Shown here in pieces: positions 9,805 through 18,780 of a stretch of DNA of 64,000 bases. The stretch lies in the NCBI GenBank assembly GCA_002011035.2, contig MTLY02000001.1, forward strand, positions 320,001 to 384,000. The letters run 5' to 3'. Source of the stretch: Candidatus Hecatella orcuttiae (lineage in GTDB: Archaea > Thermoproteota > Bathyarchaeia > Hecatellales > Hecatellaceae). Both the position numbers and the translations under genes were made by a program. Below the pieces are notes generated by a model, which worked only from the letters and a program-made list of their open reading frames with translations, was not told the origin of the DNA and searched no databases. Within the stretch, counting starts at the first letter, position 1, and every line of letters starts with the position of its first letter.

Positions 9805-9940
9805 CGCCTGAATAATGAGGGGTTGTTAACTAGTTTTTCTCCTCTCACCCAAAAAGCTTGCTCGGCCTCTAGGCTGCGAAAAGGTTTATTTCTGCTCAAG
9901 GCTTCAAATTTCAGTATTTGGCGGTTTCGAGGGTAGGCTT

Positions 9941-11089
9941 ATGGCGGATTTCGAAGAGGAGATGGTGGTCACCCCTTGGAAAGTAGCCGGGAAGATAGAC
10001 TACGAAAAGTTGATCAAACAGTTCGGCGTGGAGCCTCTCACCGACGAGCTTTTGAGGCGTCTGGAGAAGTTTACAGGCCGCCTTCACCTCCAATTGAGGA
10101 GGAAGATATTTTTTTCCCATAGGGATCTAGACTGGATTCTAACCCTCTACGAACGAGGTGAAAAATTCGTCCTCTACACGGGAAGAGGCCCCTCGGGGCC
10201 TGTTCACATAGGCCACATCGTGCCTTGGATCTTCACCAAACATCTTCAGGAGGCCTTCGACGCTAAGCTTTACTTCCAGATGACCGACGATGAGAAATTC
10301 CTCATCCACGACGACTTCACCCTTCAAAAGGCGGTAAGCCTTACCTACGACAACGCCCTCGACGTGGTGGCAGTGGGCTTCAACCCTGAGAAGACGAGGA
10401 TCATTTCCGACGTGAGGCACATCGAGTCCCTCTACCATCTGGCTCTGAGAGTAAGCCGGCATATCACCTACTCCACCATCAAGGCGGTCTTCGGCATCGG
10501 AGAAAGCGACAACATAGGATTGTCCTTCTTCCCCGCCGTTCAGGCTGCCCCCGCCTTCCTCGAGTCCGTGCTGGCTGGGAAGCCTGTTCCCTGCCTGATC
10601 CCCGCGGCCATCGACCAAGACCCCTACTGGAGGGTCACCCGGGATGTGGCTCCGAAAATAGGCTTCTATAAGCCGGCTCAAATCCACAGCCGCTTCCTCC
10701 CAGGGCTTGGGAAAGGAGGCAAAATGTCGGCTTCCCAGCCTGAAACCTGCATCTTTCTCACCGACCCTCCGGAGGTGGCTGAGAAGAAAGTCATGAACGC
10801 CTTCACAGGCGGCAGGCCCACTGCGGAGGAGCAGAGGAAGCTGGGGGGGTTACCTGAAATCTGCCCCGTCCACCAGTACCTTTTTTTCCTTTTCGAGGAA
10901 GACGACGAGAAAATGCGGCGGCTTTGGGAAGACTGCAAGGGAGGCCGAATCCTCTGCTGGGAGTGCAAGGAAATCCTAGCGGCCAAGGTTAAAAAATTCT
11001 TGGCTGAACATCAGAGGAAACGGAGTAAAGCGGAGAAGACGGTGAAAAAATACTTCTTATCCAAGGCCATCACCCCCTTCAAGGCCTAA
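9941..11089 (+). CDS. trpS: Tryptophan--tRNA ligase
   Basis: YTGRGPS, HIGH, DQDPYW, KMSAS. Confidence 0.95.
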   Translation: MADFEEEMVVTPWKVAGKIDYEKLIKQFGVEPLTDELLRRLEKFTGRLHLQLRRKIFFSHRDLDWILTLYERGEKFVLYTGRGPSGPVHIGHIVPWIFTKHLQEAFDAKLYFQMTDDEKFLIHDDFTLQKAVSLTYDNALDVVAVGFNPEKTRIISDVRHIESLYHLALRVSRHITYSTIKAVFGIGESDNIGLSFFPAVQAAPAFLESVLAGKPVPCLIPAAIDQDPYWRVTRDVAPKIGFYKPAQIHSRFLPGLGKGGKMSASQPETCIFLTDPPEVAEKKVMNAFTGGRPTAEEQRKLGGLPEICPVHQYLFFLFEEDDEKMRRLWEDCKGGRILCWECKEILAAKVKKFLAEHQRKRSKAEKTVKKYFLSKAITPFKA

Positions 11090-11567
11090 GCCTCCGGCCT
11101 GCCCTGTCTATTTCTCCAGCCCGAATCCTCGTCGCTGAGATGGGTTTGCCGTCTTCAGCCAGCTGTTTTTCGAAGACCACGACCTCCACCTCCCTCAAGC
11201 CTCTTTCTCTTCGAGCCCTGTTTATTTCTCGGGCTACGGGATAGGTTTCCCGGCTTACCATGAGAGCATCCAGGTCTTCGAGGAAAGGAGCTGACCCCCA
11301 TCGGCTGTCGATGGGGACGACACTACTTCTTTCAAGGAAGTCCTCCGCTCGGAGAAAATCTTCCAACGCCTTTTTCCTCTCCGAGTAAGGTCTAACTGGA
11401 TGGCCTTTCGCCAACTCTTCAGCCAGCCGGTCGGTGCTCAGCCCGATGATGACGTATTCGCTCAGGCTGAAGGCTTCCCGCAGGATTTTTTCATGGCCTT
11501 GGTGGAGGATGTCGAAGGTTCCGCCTAAGGCCAGTTTCCTAAACTTTTTGACGGATTCCCTCGCCAA
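11079..11567 (-). CDS. coaD: Phosphopantetheine adenylyltransferase (archaeal type)
   Basis: GGTFDILHQGH, VSRET, ISATRIRAGEID. Confidence 0.85.
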   Translation of the reverse strand: MARESVKKFRKLALGGTFDILHQGHEKILREAFSLSEYVIIGLSTDRLAEELAKGHPVRPYSERKKALEDFLRAEDFLERSSVVPIDSRWGSAPFLEDLDALMVSRETYPVAREINRARRERGLREVEVVVFEKQLAEDGKPISATRIRAGEIDRAGRRLRP

Positions 11568-11622
11568 GGCTGAACCCTACTTTTATGTGCCACCTAACTC
11601 ATTTAAAATGGAGGCGTTCCGG

Positions 11623-12522
11623 TTGCTGGAGGAGGAGGAATTAGCTAAGCTCAGAAAGGCTGGAAAGATCGCGGGGGAAGTCAGGAGGTGGGTTGAAGGC
11701 TACGTGAAAGAGGGTATGAAGGTCATCGACCTATGCGAAGGGGTTGAAAGAGAGATCCGCCGACGGGGAGGCAGTCCAGCCTTCCCTTGCAATGTGGACA
11801 TCAACGAGGTAGGCGCCCACTATACTTCGCCTCCCAGCGACCCCAGCCTCATTCCCCCGGGTTCCATAGTGAAGGTGGACATTGGAGTTCACATCGACGG
11901 CTACATAGCCGACACAGCGGTTTCCATCTGCTTCAACCCAGAGCTCTACGTCCTCAAACAGGCTACGGACGAAGCCTTGGAGGCTGCCTTGGAGGCCTTG
12001 GCTCCGGGGGTTAAGGTTTCAGCCATAGGAGCCGTCATCCAGAAGATCATTGAAAAGTACGGGTTGAAGCCTGTGAAAAACCTGACAGGCCACGGGTTAG
12101 GCCGATACAAACTTCACACCGGAAAACCCATCCCCAACGTAGCCGGCTTAGACAGCCTAAAAATCGAGGAAGGGGAAGCCTACGCTGTAGAGCCTTTCTC
12201 CACCACTCAACAAGGAGCAGGGGAAGTGGGTGAGGCGGGATTCGGCCACATCTTCAGAATTCTGAAGATGAAGCCTCCGAAAGAAGAAAAAGCTCGAAGC
12301 CTCTTTGAAGGTATCAAGAACCGCTTCCACACCCTCCCCTTCGCCTTCCGCTGGGTTGAAGAAATATGGGGAAAGGAAAACTTAGCGGCCTTCAGCAGCC
12401 TCCTCAAAGAAAGACACGTGACCGAATACCCTTTACTAGCGGAGAAGAACAGGCAGCCGGTAGCACAATCAGAGCACACCGTCATAGTATTGAAAGACGA
12501 GGTTCAAGTTTTAACTCTCTAA
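11623..12522 (+). CDS. map: Type II methionine aminopeptidase
   Basis: AFPCN, AHYT, DIGVHIDGYIADTA, NLTGH, EPF, AQSEHT; start moved to TTG 11623 (GGAGG upstream) or ATG 11608 because the ORF-track start overlaps coaD. Confidence 0.92.
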   Translation: MLEEEELAKLRKAGKIAGEVRRWVEGYVKEGMKVIDLCEGVEREIRRRGGSPAFPCNVDINEVGAHYTSPPSDPSLIPPGSIVKVDIGVHIDGYIADTAVSICFNPELYVLKQATDEALEAALEALAPGVKVSAIGAVIQKIIEKYGLKPVKNLTGHGLGRYKLHTGKPIPNVAGLDSLKIEEGEAYAVEPFSTTQQGAGEVGEAGFGHIFRILKMKPPKEEKARSLFEGIKNRFHTLPFAFRWVEEIWGKENLAAFSSLLKERHVTEYPLLAEKNRQPVAQSEHTVIVLKDEVQVLTL

Positions 12523-12923
12523 AACTTTGGCTCCCGCCGCTTGGGCCGCTTCTCCTCCTCGGGATAGATGGCTTCAACCATCATAGTCCCCCCGCAACTG
12601 GGACAGCTGCCCATGGGCTTGGGGATGAAATCGCCCAGCTGAAAGTTGCGGAGACTTTTGAAGGCGCATTGGCTGCACTGGAGCAAGGTTAAGGTGACCT
12701 TGGGCGGAGGCAAAGACATTTGGCCGAGGATTCGGCTTACCATGAGGACGAGGAAGAGAATTCCGAGAAGACCTAAGAGGAGGGAGCCCGTGGATTCCCG
12801 GGGGCCCACTTCCATGTACTGGGCTATGCCTGAGAAGAGAAAGAACACGGCTAGGAACGCTATTAGAAGGAGAAGAAGCAAGCCGACGGGGGACTTTGGC
12901 GCAGGTTTTCCGGACACCTTCAA
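12519..12923 (-). CDS. Membrane protein with C-terminal Zn ribbon
   Basis: Two TM segments; CSQC...CPSC. Confidence 0.7.
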   Translation of the reverse strand: MKVSGKPAPKSPVGLLLLLLIAFLAVFFLFSGIAQYMEVGPRESTGSLLLGLLGILFLVLMVSRILGQMSLPPPKVTLTLLQCSQCAFKSLRNFQLGDFIPKPMGSCPSCGGTMMVEAIYPEEEKRPKRREPKF

Positions 12924-12934
12924 ACCTCCCAGGG

Positions 12935-14059
12935 TTACTGGCCTATCCCTATGGTGTTGCCTATTCCCGCTAGGATGAGGGTTTCCCCTTCCTGGGTGTT
13001 CTCCCTCACCAGCCGCTTAATCCGCTCCAAAGCTTTTTCCACGCCTTCGTAGATTTCCTTTTTCATGGGGGCTATGGCTTCCCGGAGGGATTCTTTGATG
13101 ATAACAGCGTACACCGGTATCTTATTCTTGTGGGCGATTTCCTCGATCTTAAACCTTTCAGTGCCTATGCCTCCGATGGCCGCTCCTACACCCTCAGCCA
13201 CATCCCCCGTGTTTTCACCCTCAAACTTGAGGGCTGCGTCCACCATGATGATGAGCGAGGGCTTAACGAAGCCCGAAGCCAGCAGGTTTTGAAGGGCGTC
13301 GCCCGGCTTGCCTACGTTGCCTCCTGGGCCTTCTGCTTTGAGGACGAGGGTTTTACGGCCTTCGATCTCCGTTTCGGCCATCACCATGTCTTTCTCTATC
13401 TTCTTTACCTCCTTCCCTCTCATGAGCTTGTTGACGAGGAGAGGCCCGGCGCCGTCTCCGATGGGCTGACCTTGGGCGAAGGCTTGCACGGCTCCGTCGT
13501 AGGCTGCGGCTATGTCCATGATCATGGGGAGGATCATGTGAAGCTGAGCGGTGATGATGTAGGCGTTGGTTCGTTTCCCCATCAGATAATAATGCTTCAC
13601 AATCCGGTAGATGAGGTTCAGGTCGAGGGAGGCTTCCAGAAGGTTTTCGAGGTTGTGAAGCGTGGGGTCGTCGGCTTTTGGGGCAATTCGCTTAACCTCC
13701 TCCTTCATGCTCATGTCCCTCACATCCAATAGATGGTCCAGCTTCCAAACGATACCCGCCGGGTCCATGTCCACCGGCTGGATGAAGAAGCGCTCCAGAA
13801 ACTGGTCTACCCGAGGCGTGGGGTCCTCGTTGGGTTTTCCCAGCTCTTGGACGGTGTTGAGGGAAATCTCCCTAGCCCTGTCCCTCATATACCGCAGTTT
13901 CCTCAACTGCCTTTCGATGTCGCGGTTCCACATGAACATCTGAATCTTCTGCCCGTAGAAGAAGTAGAGGAGGATGATAAACATGAAAGCGATTTGGAGA
14001 ATGTAAGCGAAGATTCCCGGCTGCTCTCCGCCTCCTAAAAGCGGTGAAAGTAAAGCCAT
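12935..14059 (-). CDS. DUF1512-family protein
   Basis: PIGDGAGP, KAEGPG..VG.PG, VDAALKFEGE, GIGNTIGIGQ C-terminus; ATG 14059 preferred. Confidence 0.8.
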   Translation of the reverse strand: MALLSPLLGGGEQPGIFAYILQIAFMFIILLYFFYGQKIQMFMWNRDIERQLRKLRYMRDRAREISLNTVQELGKPNEDPTPRVDQFLERFFIQPVDMDPAGIVWKLDHLLDVRDMSMKEEVKRIAPKADDPTLHNLENLLEASLDLNLIYRIVKHYYLMGKRTNAYIITAQLHMILPMIMDIAAAYDGAVQAFAQGQPIGDGAGPLLVNKLMRGKEVKKIEKDMVMAETEIEGRKTLVLKAEGPGGNVGKPGDALQNLLASGFVKPSLIIMVDAALKFEGENTGDVAEGVGAAIGGIGTERFKIEEIAHKNKIPVYAVIIKESLREAIAPMKKEIYEGVEKALERIKRLVRENTQEGETLILAGIGNTIGIGQ

Positions 14060-14239
14060 GAACCGTTCTCCTTCATACCTAACAGGGTTAAGATACTTCA
14101 AAAAAGAGGGAAGATTCCCTGTTATAAAGCTTTACTCTGCAAAAAAGATAGATTACTGGAGACTTTCACCATTAGCAAACAATAAATCCCATGCCTAAGA
14201 AAAGATATATAATGTACTTTTTCAGGTAGGGGAAAACCT

Positions 14240-15610
14240 GTGATCGATCTTCTAGAACTTTGGAAACGCTCAGAATCAGGGCCAGAGATAGGGGAGAGAG
14301 AATTCGACATGAAGATTCTCCCCAAAAAGCTGGAGGAGCTTCGGAAGGAATATGGCATCCGCTACAACCCAGAAGAAGTAGTGTCCACCGACGCCTCCCT
14401 CGCCAAGGCTGTCTATGAAGCCGCCCTCAAGCTCCTCTGCGACGTCGGAGTTTACTGTACCGACAGCGGACGAGTCATACAGGTGTCGGAGGAAGAGGTC
14501 GAGGAAGCCCTCCGCTCAGCCTCAACCCGGCTCTTTCTGGGCGGAGGAAAGGAAAGAATCGAACTCGCAGCCCGCCGGACGGGAGACGGCCGGAGGCCGC
14601 TCATAGCCGGAGGGCCTTGCGGCTGCCCTCTTTCCGAGAAATTCTACAGAAGAATCCTGTACAGCTACGCCAAGGAAACCTCAGCGGACATCATGGTGAT
14701 GGGGCCCTTGGAAAGCTTCAAGGGAATGACCATCAAACCCCGGTCGCCCATCGAAATGGCTGCTGCGAGGACTGAGGCTGTGGAGGCTAGAGAAGCCGCC
14801 AAGGCAGCGGGCAAGCCGGGCCTGTGCATCTTCGGAGGCATCTCCGTGGTCACGGCGGCAGCCTCCAACTTCGCCGACTCCCCCGACGGGCTCAGGCCCA
14901 CAGACCTGCATGAGGTGGCGCAGTTGAACGAGTTAAAGATGAGCTGGGAAGTCTTCAACAGGATGACCCACTGCCAATACCAAGGGAACCTTGTGGCCGC
15001 GGCTCAATGCCCTGTTCTCGGCCAAGCAGGCGGACCGGAGGCGACGGCCATCCTCTGCGCAGCTGAAGCCCTGCAGGCTTTCACCCTGACACGCGGCCAC
15101 CTTTTCTGCATGGCGCCCTCCCACATGTGGACTTCGACCACCACCGACAGGGAGGACCTCTGGGTGAGCTGCTTGGTCATGCAGGCGGTTAAAGGCGTTC
15201 ACCCAGTTCCCATGGGAAGCTACATCTACTCGGCAGCCGGGCCTTGCACCGAAATCCAGTGCTACGAACTGGCAGCCCAGACGGCAACTCACACCGCCTC
15301 CGGGGCAGACCTAATCTGCTCTGCAGGAGGCACGCGGGGGACCTATGTGAACCATTACACGGGAATGGAAGCTAGGATAGCGGGGGAAATCTGCCAAGCC
15401 TCAGCCTCCCTCAGAGCAGTGGAAGTCAACGAGCTTGTGAAGGAGCTGCTGAGCCGGTATGAGGAGCCGTTGCGGATGAGGAAGGCTCCTCCGGGGAAGA
15501 GGTTTGAAGAATGCTACGACATTGAGAAGATTTCACCTTCCGAGGAATATGTAAGGCTTTGGGAAACCGTTAAGCGAGAGTTGGAAAACTTAGGTATGAA
15601 TTTTCCCTGA
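14240..15610 (+). CDS. MtmB-family methyltransferase homolog without pyrrolysine
   Basis: Collinear with MtmB (GGPCG, LNELK, AGPCTE, YTGMEAR, PPGKRFEECYD); GKPGLCIFG has Phe at the Pyl position. Confidence 0.85.
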   Translation: MIDLLELWKRSESGPEIGEREFDMKILPKKLEELRKEYGIRYNPEEVVSTDASLAKAVYEAALKLLCDVGVYCTDSGRVIQVSEEEVEEALRSASTRLFLGGGKERIELAARRTGDGRRPLIAGGPCGCPLSEKFYRRILYSYAKETSADIMVMGPLESFKGMTIKPRSPIEMAAARTEAVEAREAAKAAGKPGLCIFGGISVVTAAASNFADSPDGLRPTDLHEVAQLNELKMSWEVFNRMTHCQYQGNLVAAAQCPVLGQAGGPEATAILCAAEALQAFTLTRGHLFCMAPSHMWTSTTTDREDLWVSCLVMQAVKGVHPVPMGSYIYSAAGPCTEIQCYELAAQTATHTASGADLICSAGGTRGTYVNHYTGMEARIAGEICQASASLRAVEVNELVKELLSRYEEPLRMRKAPPGKRFEECYDIEKISPSEEYVRLWETVKRELENLGMNFP

Positions 15611-15745
15611 ACCAGATAAGATCGCGCTTTATTCTACTGTTCCAACACAGCCAGAGGAATGTGCTTTGTCTGCTGAAAATCTGAAGCTGCCTACAAAACC
15701 AGTGTAGTCGGAGAGAACGCAGATTTATTTAATCGTTTACCGCCT

Positions 15746-16066
15746 TCAAGGTGAAAGCATGGTCAGGATTTCTTTCCGCTGCCTGGAGAGCTCTAGGAAA
15801 AGTCTTCCCCTTTCCGTGGTCATTATGCCCCCTCTTTCGGTGAGAGTTACTAGGCCCTTCTCCAACAAAAGTGAAACGTAGTTCTTGTAACGGTTAAAGT
15901 TGAGGTTAGCCCTGTAGACCACCTCGGTCTTTGATGCCCCGTTGAAGGCGACGGAAAGGATGTCCTCCACGATTTTTAGTCCATCCCGTCGTTTAAAGGA
16001 AATATTTTCCGGGAAACCGGAGGCCGCTGGAGGGGACTTCTGCTTGGTATCGAGGCGGCTATTCAA
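15746..16066 (-). CDS. Winged-helix DNA-binding protein
   Basis: RRD..IV.DIL, SKTEVVYRANLN, TERG pattern. Confidence 0.8.
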   Translation of the reverse strand: MNSRLDTKQKSPPAASGFPENISFKRRDGLKIVEDILSVAFNGASKTEVVYRANLNFNRYKNYVSLLLEKGLVTLTERGGIMTTERGRLFLELSRQRKEILTMLSP

Positions 16067-16321
16067 GGGGTTTTCCCCTCCTATATAAATAATATATGGT
16101 ATTATAAGCTGTTATTTATATGTTTTTAGAATTTTTGGTTCGAACTTTAAAATCTAGGGTAAACCGCCATGTTTAGCACATGTTCCTGTTAAAATTTGCA
16201 ACATTTGGGAAGAGGCTGGGCAGTTGTATGGTTGCAGTGAGCTGATAATTGATGTTTAAGCTTGATTGTATAAAGATTTTTAAAGGGGAACGCTAAAATT
16301 TAGGAGAGGTGTCTGTTTCCG

Positions 16322-16891
16322 ATGAAACTCTCCATTGCTTTAACAGCAGCTGCTTTCATGTTTGTGCTGTTGTTTTCGCCTCTCCCTGCCGCGGAGGGGG
16401 CTGAAGAGAGCCTCGGCGCCCTAGGTTTTGATTCCGCCGAAACCAAGACGGCGATCACGATCAACGTGGAGAGAATTCCGAAGAGAAGCTATCTGGGTGA
16501 AAGCATTTTGATCAGAGGAAACGTATACCCCGCCATGGAGGGACTTGAACTTAAAATATTCTATGGCTACGCCAAGGCCGGCGAGGAAACGGTGGAGTCG
16601 GTCATCGTCTTCACCGACGAAAACGGAGCCTTCCAATTTAGTATGATCCCGGAGGAGATTGGAAGCTTAGCCTTCGTAGTGACGCATGAAGGCTCTGACA
16701 GTACGTTGCCGGCTAGAGCCGAGCCTGTAGCCACTCTTGTTACTCAGAAGGTGCCCATCAAGCCAGAGCAGACTTTTCTACCTTTAATATTGGTGGCGAT
16801 CCTGCTTGCCCTCTGGTCTAGGTGGGACGACATTAAAGAGTTGAGGGGGAAAGGGAAGGCGACTAAAAAATTTGAGAAGTGGAGAAAATAG
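16322..16891 (+). CDS. Secreted, C-terminally anchored protein with Ig-like domain
   Basis: Signal peptide, TDENGAF beta-motif, C-terminal TM plus basic tail. Confidence 0.7.
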   Translation: MKLSIALTAAAFMFVLLFSPLPAAEGAEESLGALGFDSAETKTAITINVERIPKRSYLGESILIRGNVYPAMEGLELKIFYGYAKAGEETVESVIVFTDENGAFQFSMIPEEIGSLAFVVTHEGSDSTLPARAEPVATLVTQKVPIKPEQTFLPLILVAILLALWSRWDDIKELRGKGKATKKFEKWRK

Positions 16892-17032
16892 TTAGGAAAA
16901 TATTTTTAGCCAGTTAAATAATGTGTTCCAAGGTGAGATTTAAACTAGGATGTCCGCCCCTTATCTTTGGTTGGTTGTTTTCTTGATCGGCTATATGTGT
17001 TCGGCTTTAAGCTCGGGGAGTGAATTCAGTTT

Positions 17033-17257
17033 TTATCTGTATTTACGGATGCCGATGAAGCGTGCGGATGGGCCTCTGAAGTTCTCTTCAACCTCTCCCC
17101 AGTAAGTTCCGCAGACACGGCACCAAGGGACGTTGGTGACTTGCACTCCCCACCATCCTTGGTAGCCGCATTTGGGACAGTTGGGGCTGTTCTTCTCTGC
17201 TTTTGGTTTTACTATTTCAGGGACTACAACCTTCGGTTCTTCTAGGACGGTTTCCAT
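17033..17257 (-). CDS. Small Zn-ribbon protein
   Basis: CPKC...CRVC; strong SD GGAGGTGA upstream. Confidence 0.7.
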   Translation of the reverse strand: METVLEEPKVVVPEIVKPKAEKNSPNCPKCGYQGWWGVQVTNVPWCRVCGTYWGEVEENFRGPSARFIGIRKYR

Positions 17258-17277
17258 TTTTCACCTCCTCCTTTTTT

Positions 17278-17330
17278 ACCCGACCCGGGAAAGTTGGGTT
17301 TCGCTTGGTTTTCCCAAGCTCGTCAGGGGT
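17278..17330 (-). ncRNA. Type I hammerhead ribozyme
   Basis: ACCC-CUGACGA-GCUUGG(GAAAA)CCAAGC-GAA-ACCC(AACUUUCCC)GGGU-C-GGGU: full conserved core, three stems, GUC cleavage triplet. Confidence 0.85.
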
Positions 17331-17404
17331 TTATTGTGAAATTTTTTATCCGTAATAAAGAAAGTGTTGGCGGCATATAATTATTTAGCGAAAACTATAA
17401 ATTC

Positions 17405-17416
17405 TAGTATATACTA
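17405..17416. promoter_or_regulatory. Palindrome TAGTATATACTA, candidate operator upstream of PhoU-like regulator
   Basis: Perfect 12-bp palindrome ending 17 nt before ATG 17434. Confidence 0.35.
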
Positions 17417-17433
17417 AAGATAGTGGGGATTTT

Positions 17434-18522
17434 ATGGAGGGAAGAAAGCTTCAAAAGGTCGGCTACTCAACCCTCAGCGTTTCTCTCCCCAGCCGATGGA
17501 TCAAGCGGTTTAGGTTGAAGAAGGGGGACACCGTCGTCTGCAGCTATGAGAAAGACGGCTCCCTCAGATTGATGCCTTCGGAAATGGCTGAGTCTAAGGG
17601 CAGCTTGGATGTGGCAGTGAACTTAGACCTCTGCGACAGTCCCACGCTGCTGGAGAGGCTTGTCGTGGGCTGCTACATCGTAGGCTACGACACCATAACG
17701 GTGTTTTCGCGAAACAAGATTCACGGGGATTGGCTTACCGTCTTGAGGAACGTTTCCCAGAGGCTGATAGGGCTGAGCATCATGGATGAAAGGCCTGACG
17801 CTGTCGTCCTTCAATGCACCTTAGACCCTTCCAGCATCCCTCTGACGACGATGATGAGGAGGCTTTACGCTTTGACGGCGACCATGTACACTGAGGTTTT
17901 GGAGGCACTCATGGGATTTGATCCCACCCCCGCTAAGGAGGTGGTGAACAGGGAGTCTGAAGCCAACATGCTGTATTGGCTGATTTTACGCGTCATAGAG
18001 CTGGCTCTGACCGATGTGAGGATTGCGGAGAAAGTCGGCGTGCAGAACCAGCATTATCTGCCCACCTACCGGGTTGTCATTAAGTATTTGGAGGCCATAG
18101 CGGATTATCTGGAGGAGGCAGCAAGCAACATTCTCCAGCTTATCGAATTGAACAAGAAGCCGAACGAAGCCATGGTGAAGGAACTGCAGCGAATAGGAAA
18201 AATCGAGTTGGAGGTTTTCAGCGGCGCCTTCGAAAGCCTCATCACCGGCGACTTGCATAGGGCGAACAAGTCTGTTGAAGATAGGATGAGGTTAAAGGAC
18301 GATGCGGAGGAGATTGTCACCAGAATTCTGAGGGAAACCGAGGACCCGGAGATAGCGGTTCACATAAAGATTGTGAGTAGGGCTTTTAATAGGATCGCGG
18401 AGATAGGGGCCTCCATGGCCCATCTGGCCATCAACATGTATGTCAGCAAACCCAGTAAGATGGTGATGCCGACGGATTCCGGGAGGCTTCCGAAGGAGAA
18501 GACAGCTGAGTCTCAGGTCTGA
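17434..18522 (+). CDS. AbrB-PhoU family transcriptional regulator
   Basis: N-terminal RKLQKVGYSTLSVSLPSRW AbrB domain; YIVGYD; PhoU-like helical repeats. Confidence 0.85.
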   Translation: MEGRKLQKVGYSTLSVSLPSRWIKRFRLKKGDTVVCSYEKDGSLRLMPSEMAESKGSLDVAVNLDLCDSPTLLERLVVGCYIVGYDTITVFSRNKIHGDWLTVLRNVSQRLIGLSIMDERPDAVVLQCTLDPSSIPLTTMMRRLYALTATMYTEVLEALMGFDPTPAKEVVNRESEANMLYWLILRVIELALTDVRIAEKVGVQNQHYLPTYRVVIKYLEAIADYLEEAASNILQLIELNKKPNEAMVKELQRIGKIELEVFSGAFESLITGDLHRANKSVEDRMRLKDDAEEIVTRILRETEDPEIAVHIKIVSRAFNRIAEIGASMAHLAINMYVSKPSKMVMPTDSGRLPKEKTAESQV

Positions 18523-18780
18523 GAGGAAATGCCGAACGGTCCGTCGAATGTTGTGCCCTGAATGTTCCCAGAAATCTGTCATAGGTTTTTCCGGTTTTCA
18601 CTTTACATCCTTAAATTACTGGTAGCTTCCGAGAAACTCCCTCCCCCGTGCCCTAAGAGGCGGGGTAGAGTCTAAGATTCTTGGTTCTTACTTTAAGTTC
18701 GTCAAGTATAATAGCTCTCCTTCTCCAGTATCTCTGAAAATTGCTACGGTATCAAAAACCATGAGAGGAGACTCTGGAAA

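Noticed and set aside
11434-11607. Long N-terminal extension of map
   Set aside because: Overlaps coaD on the opposite strand; better start with SD downstream
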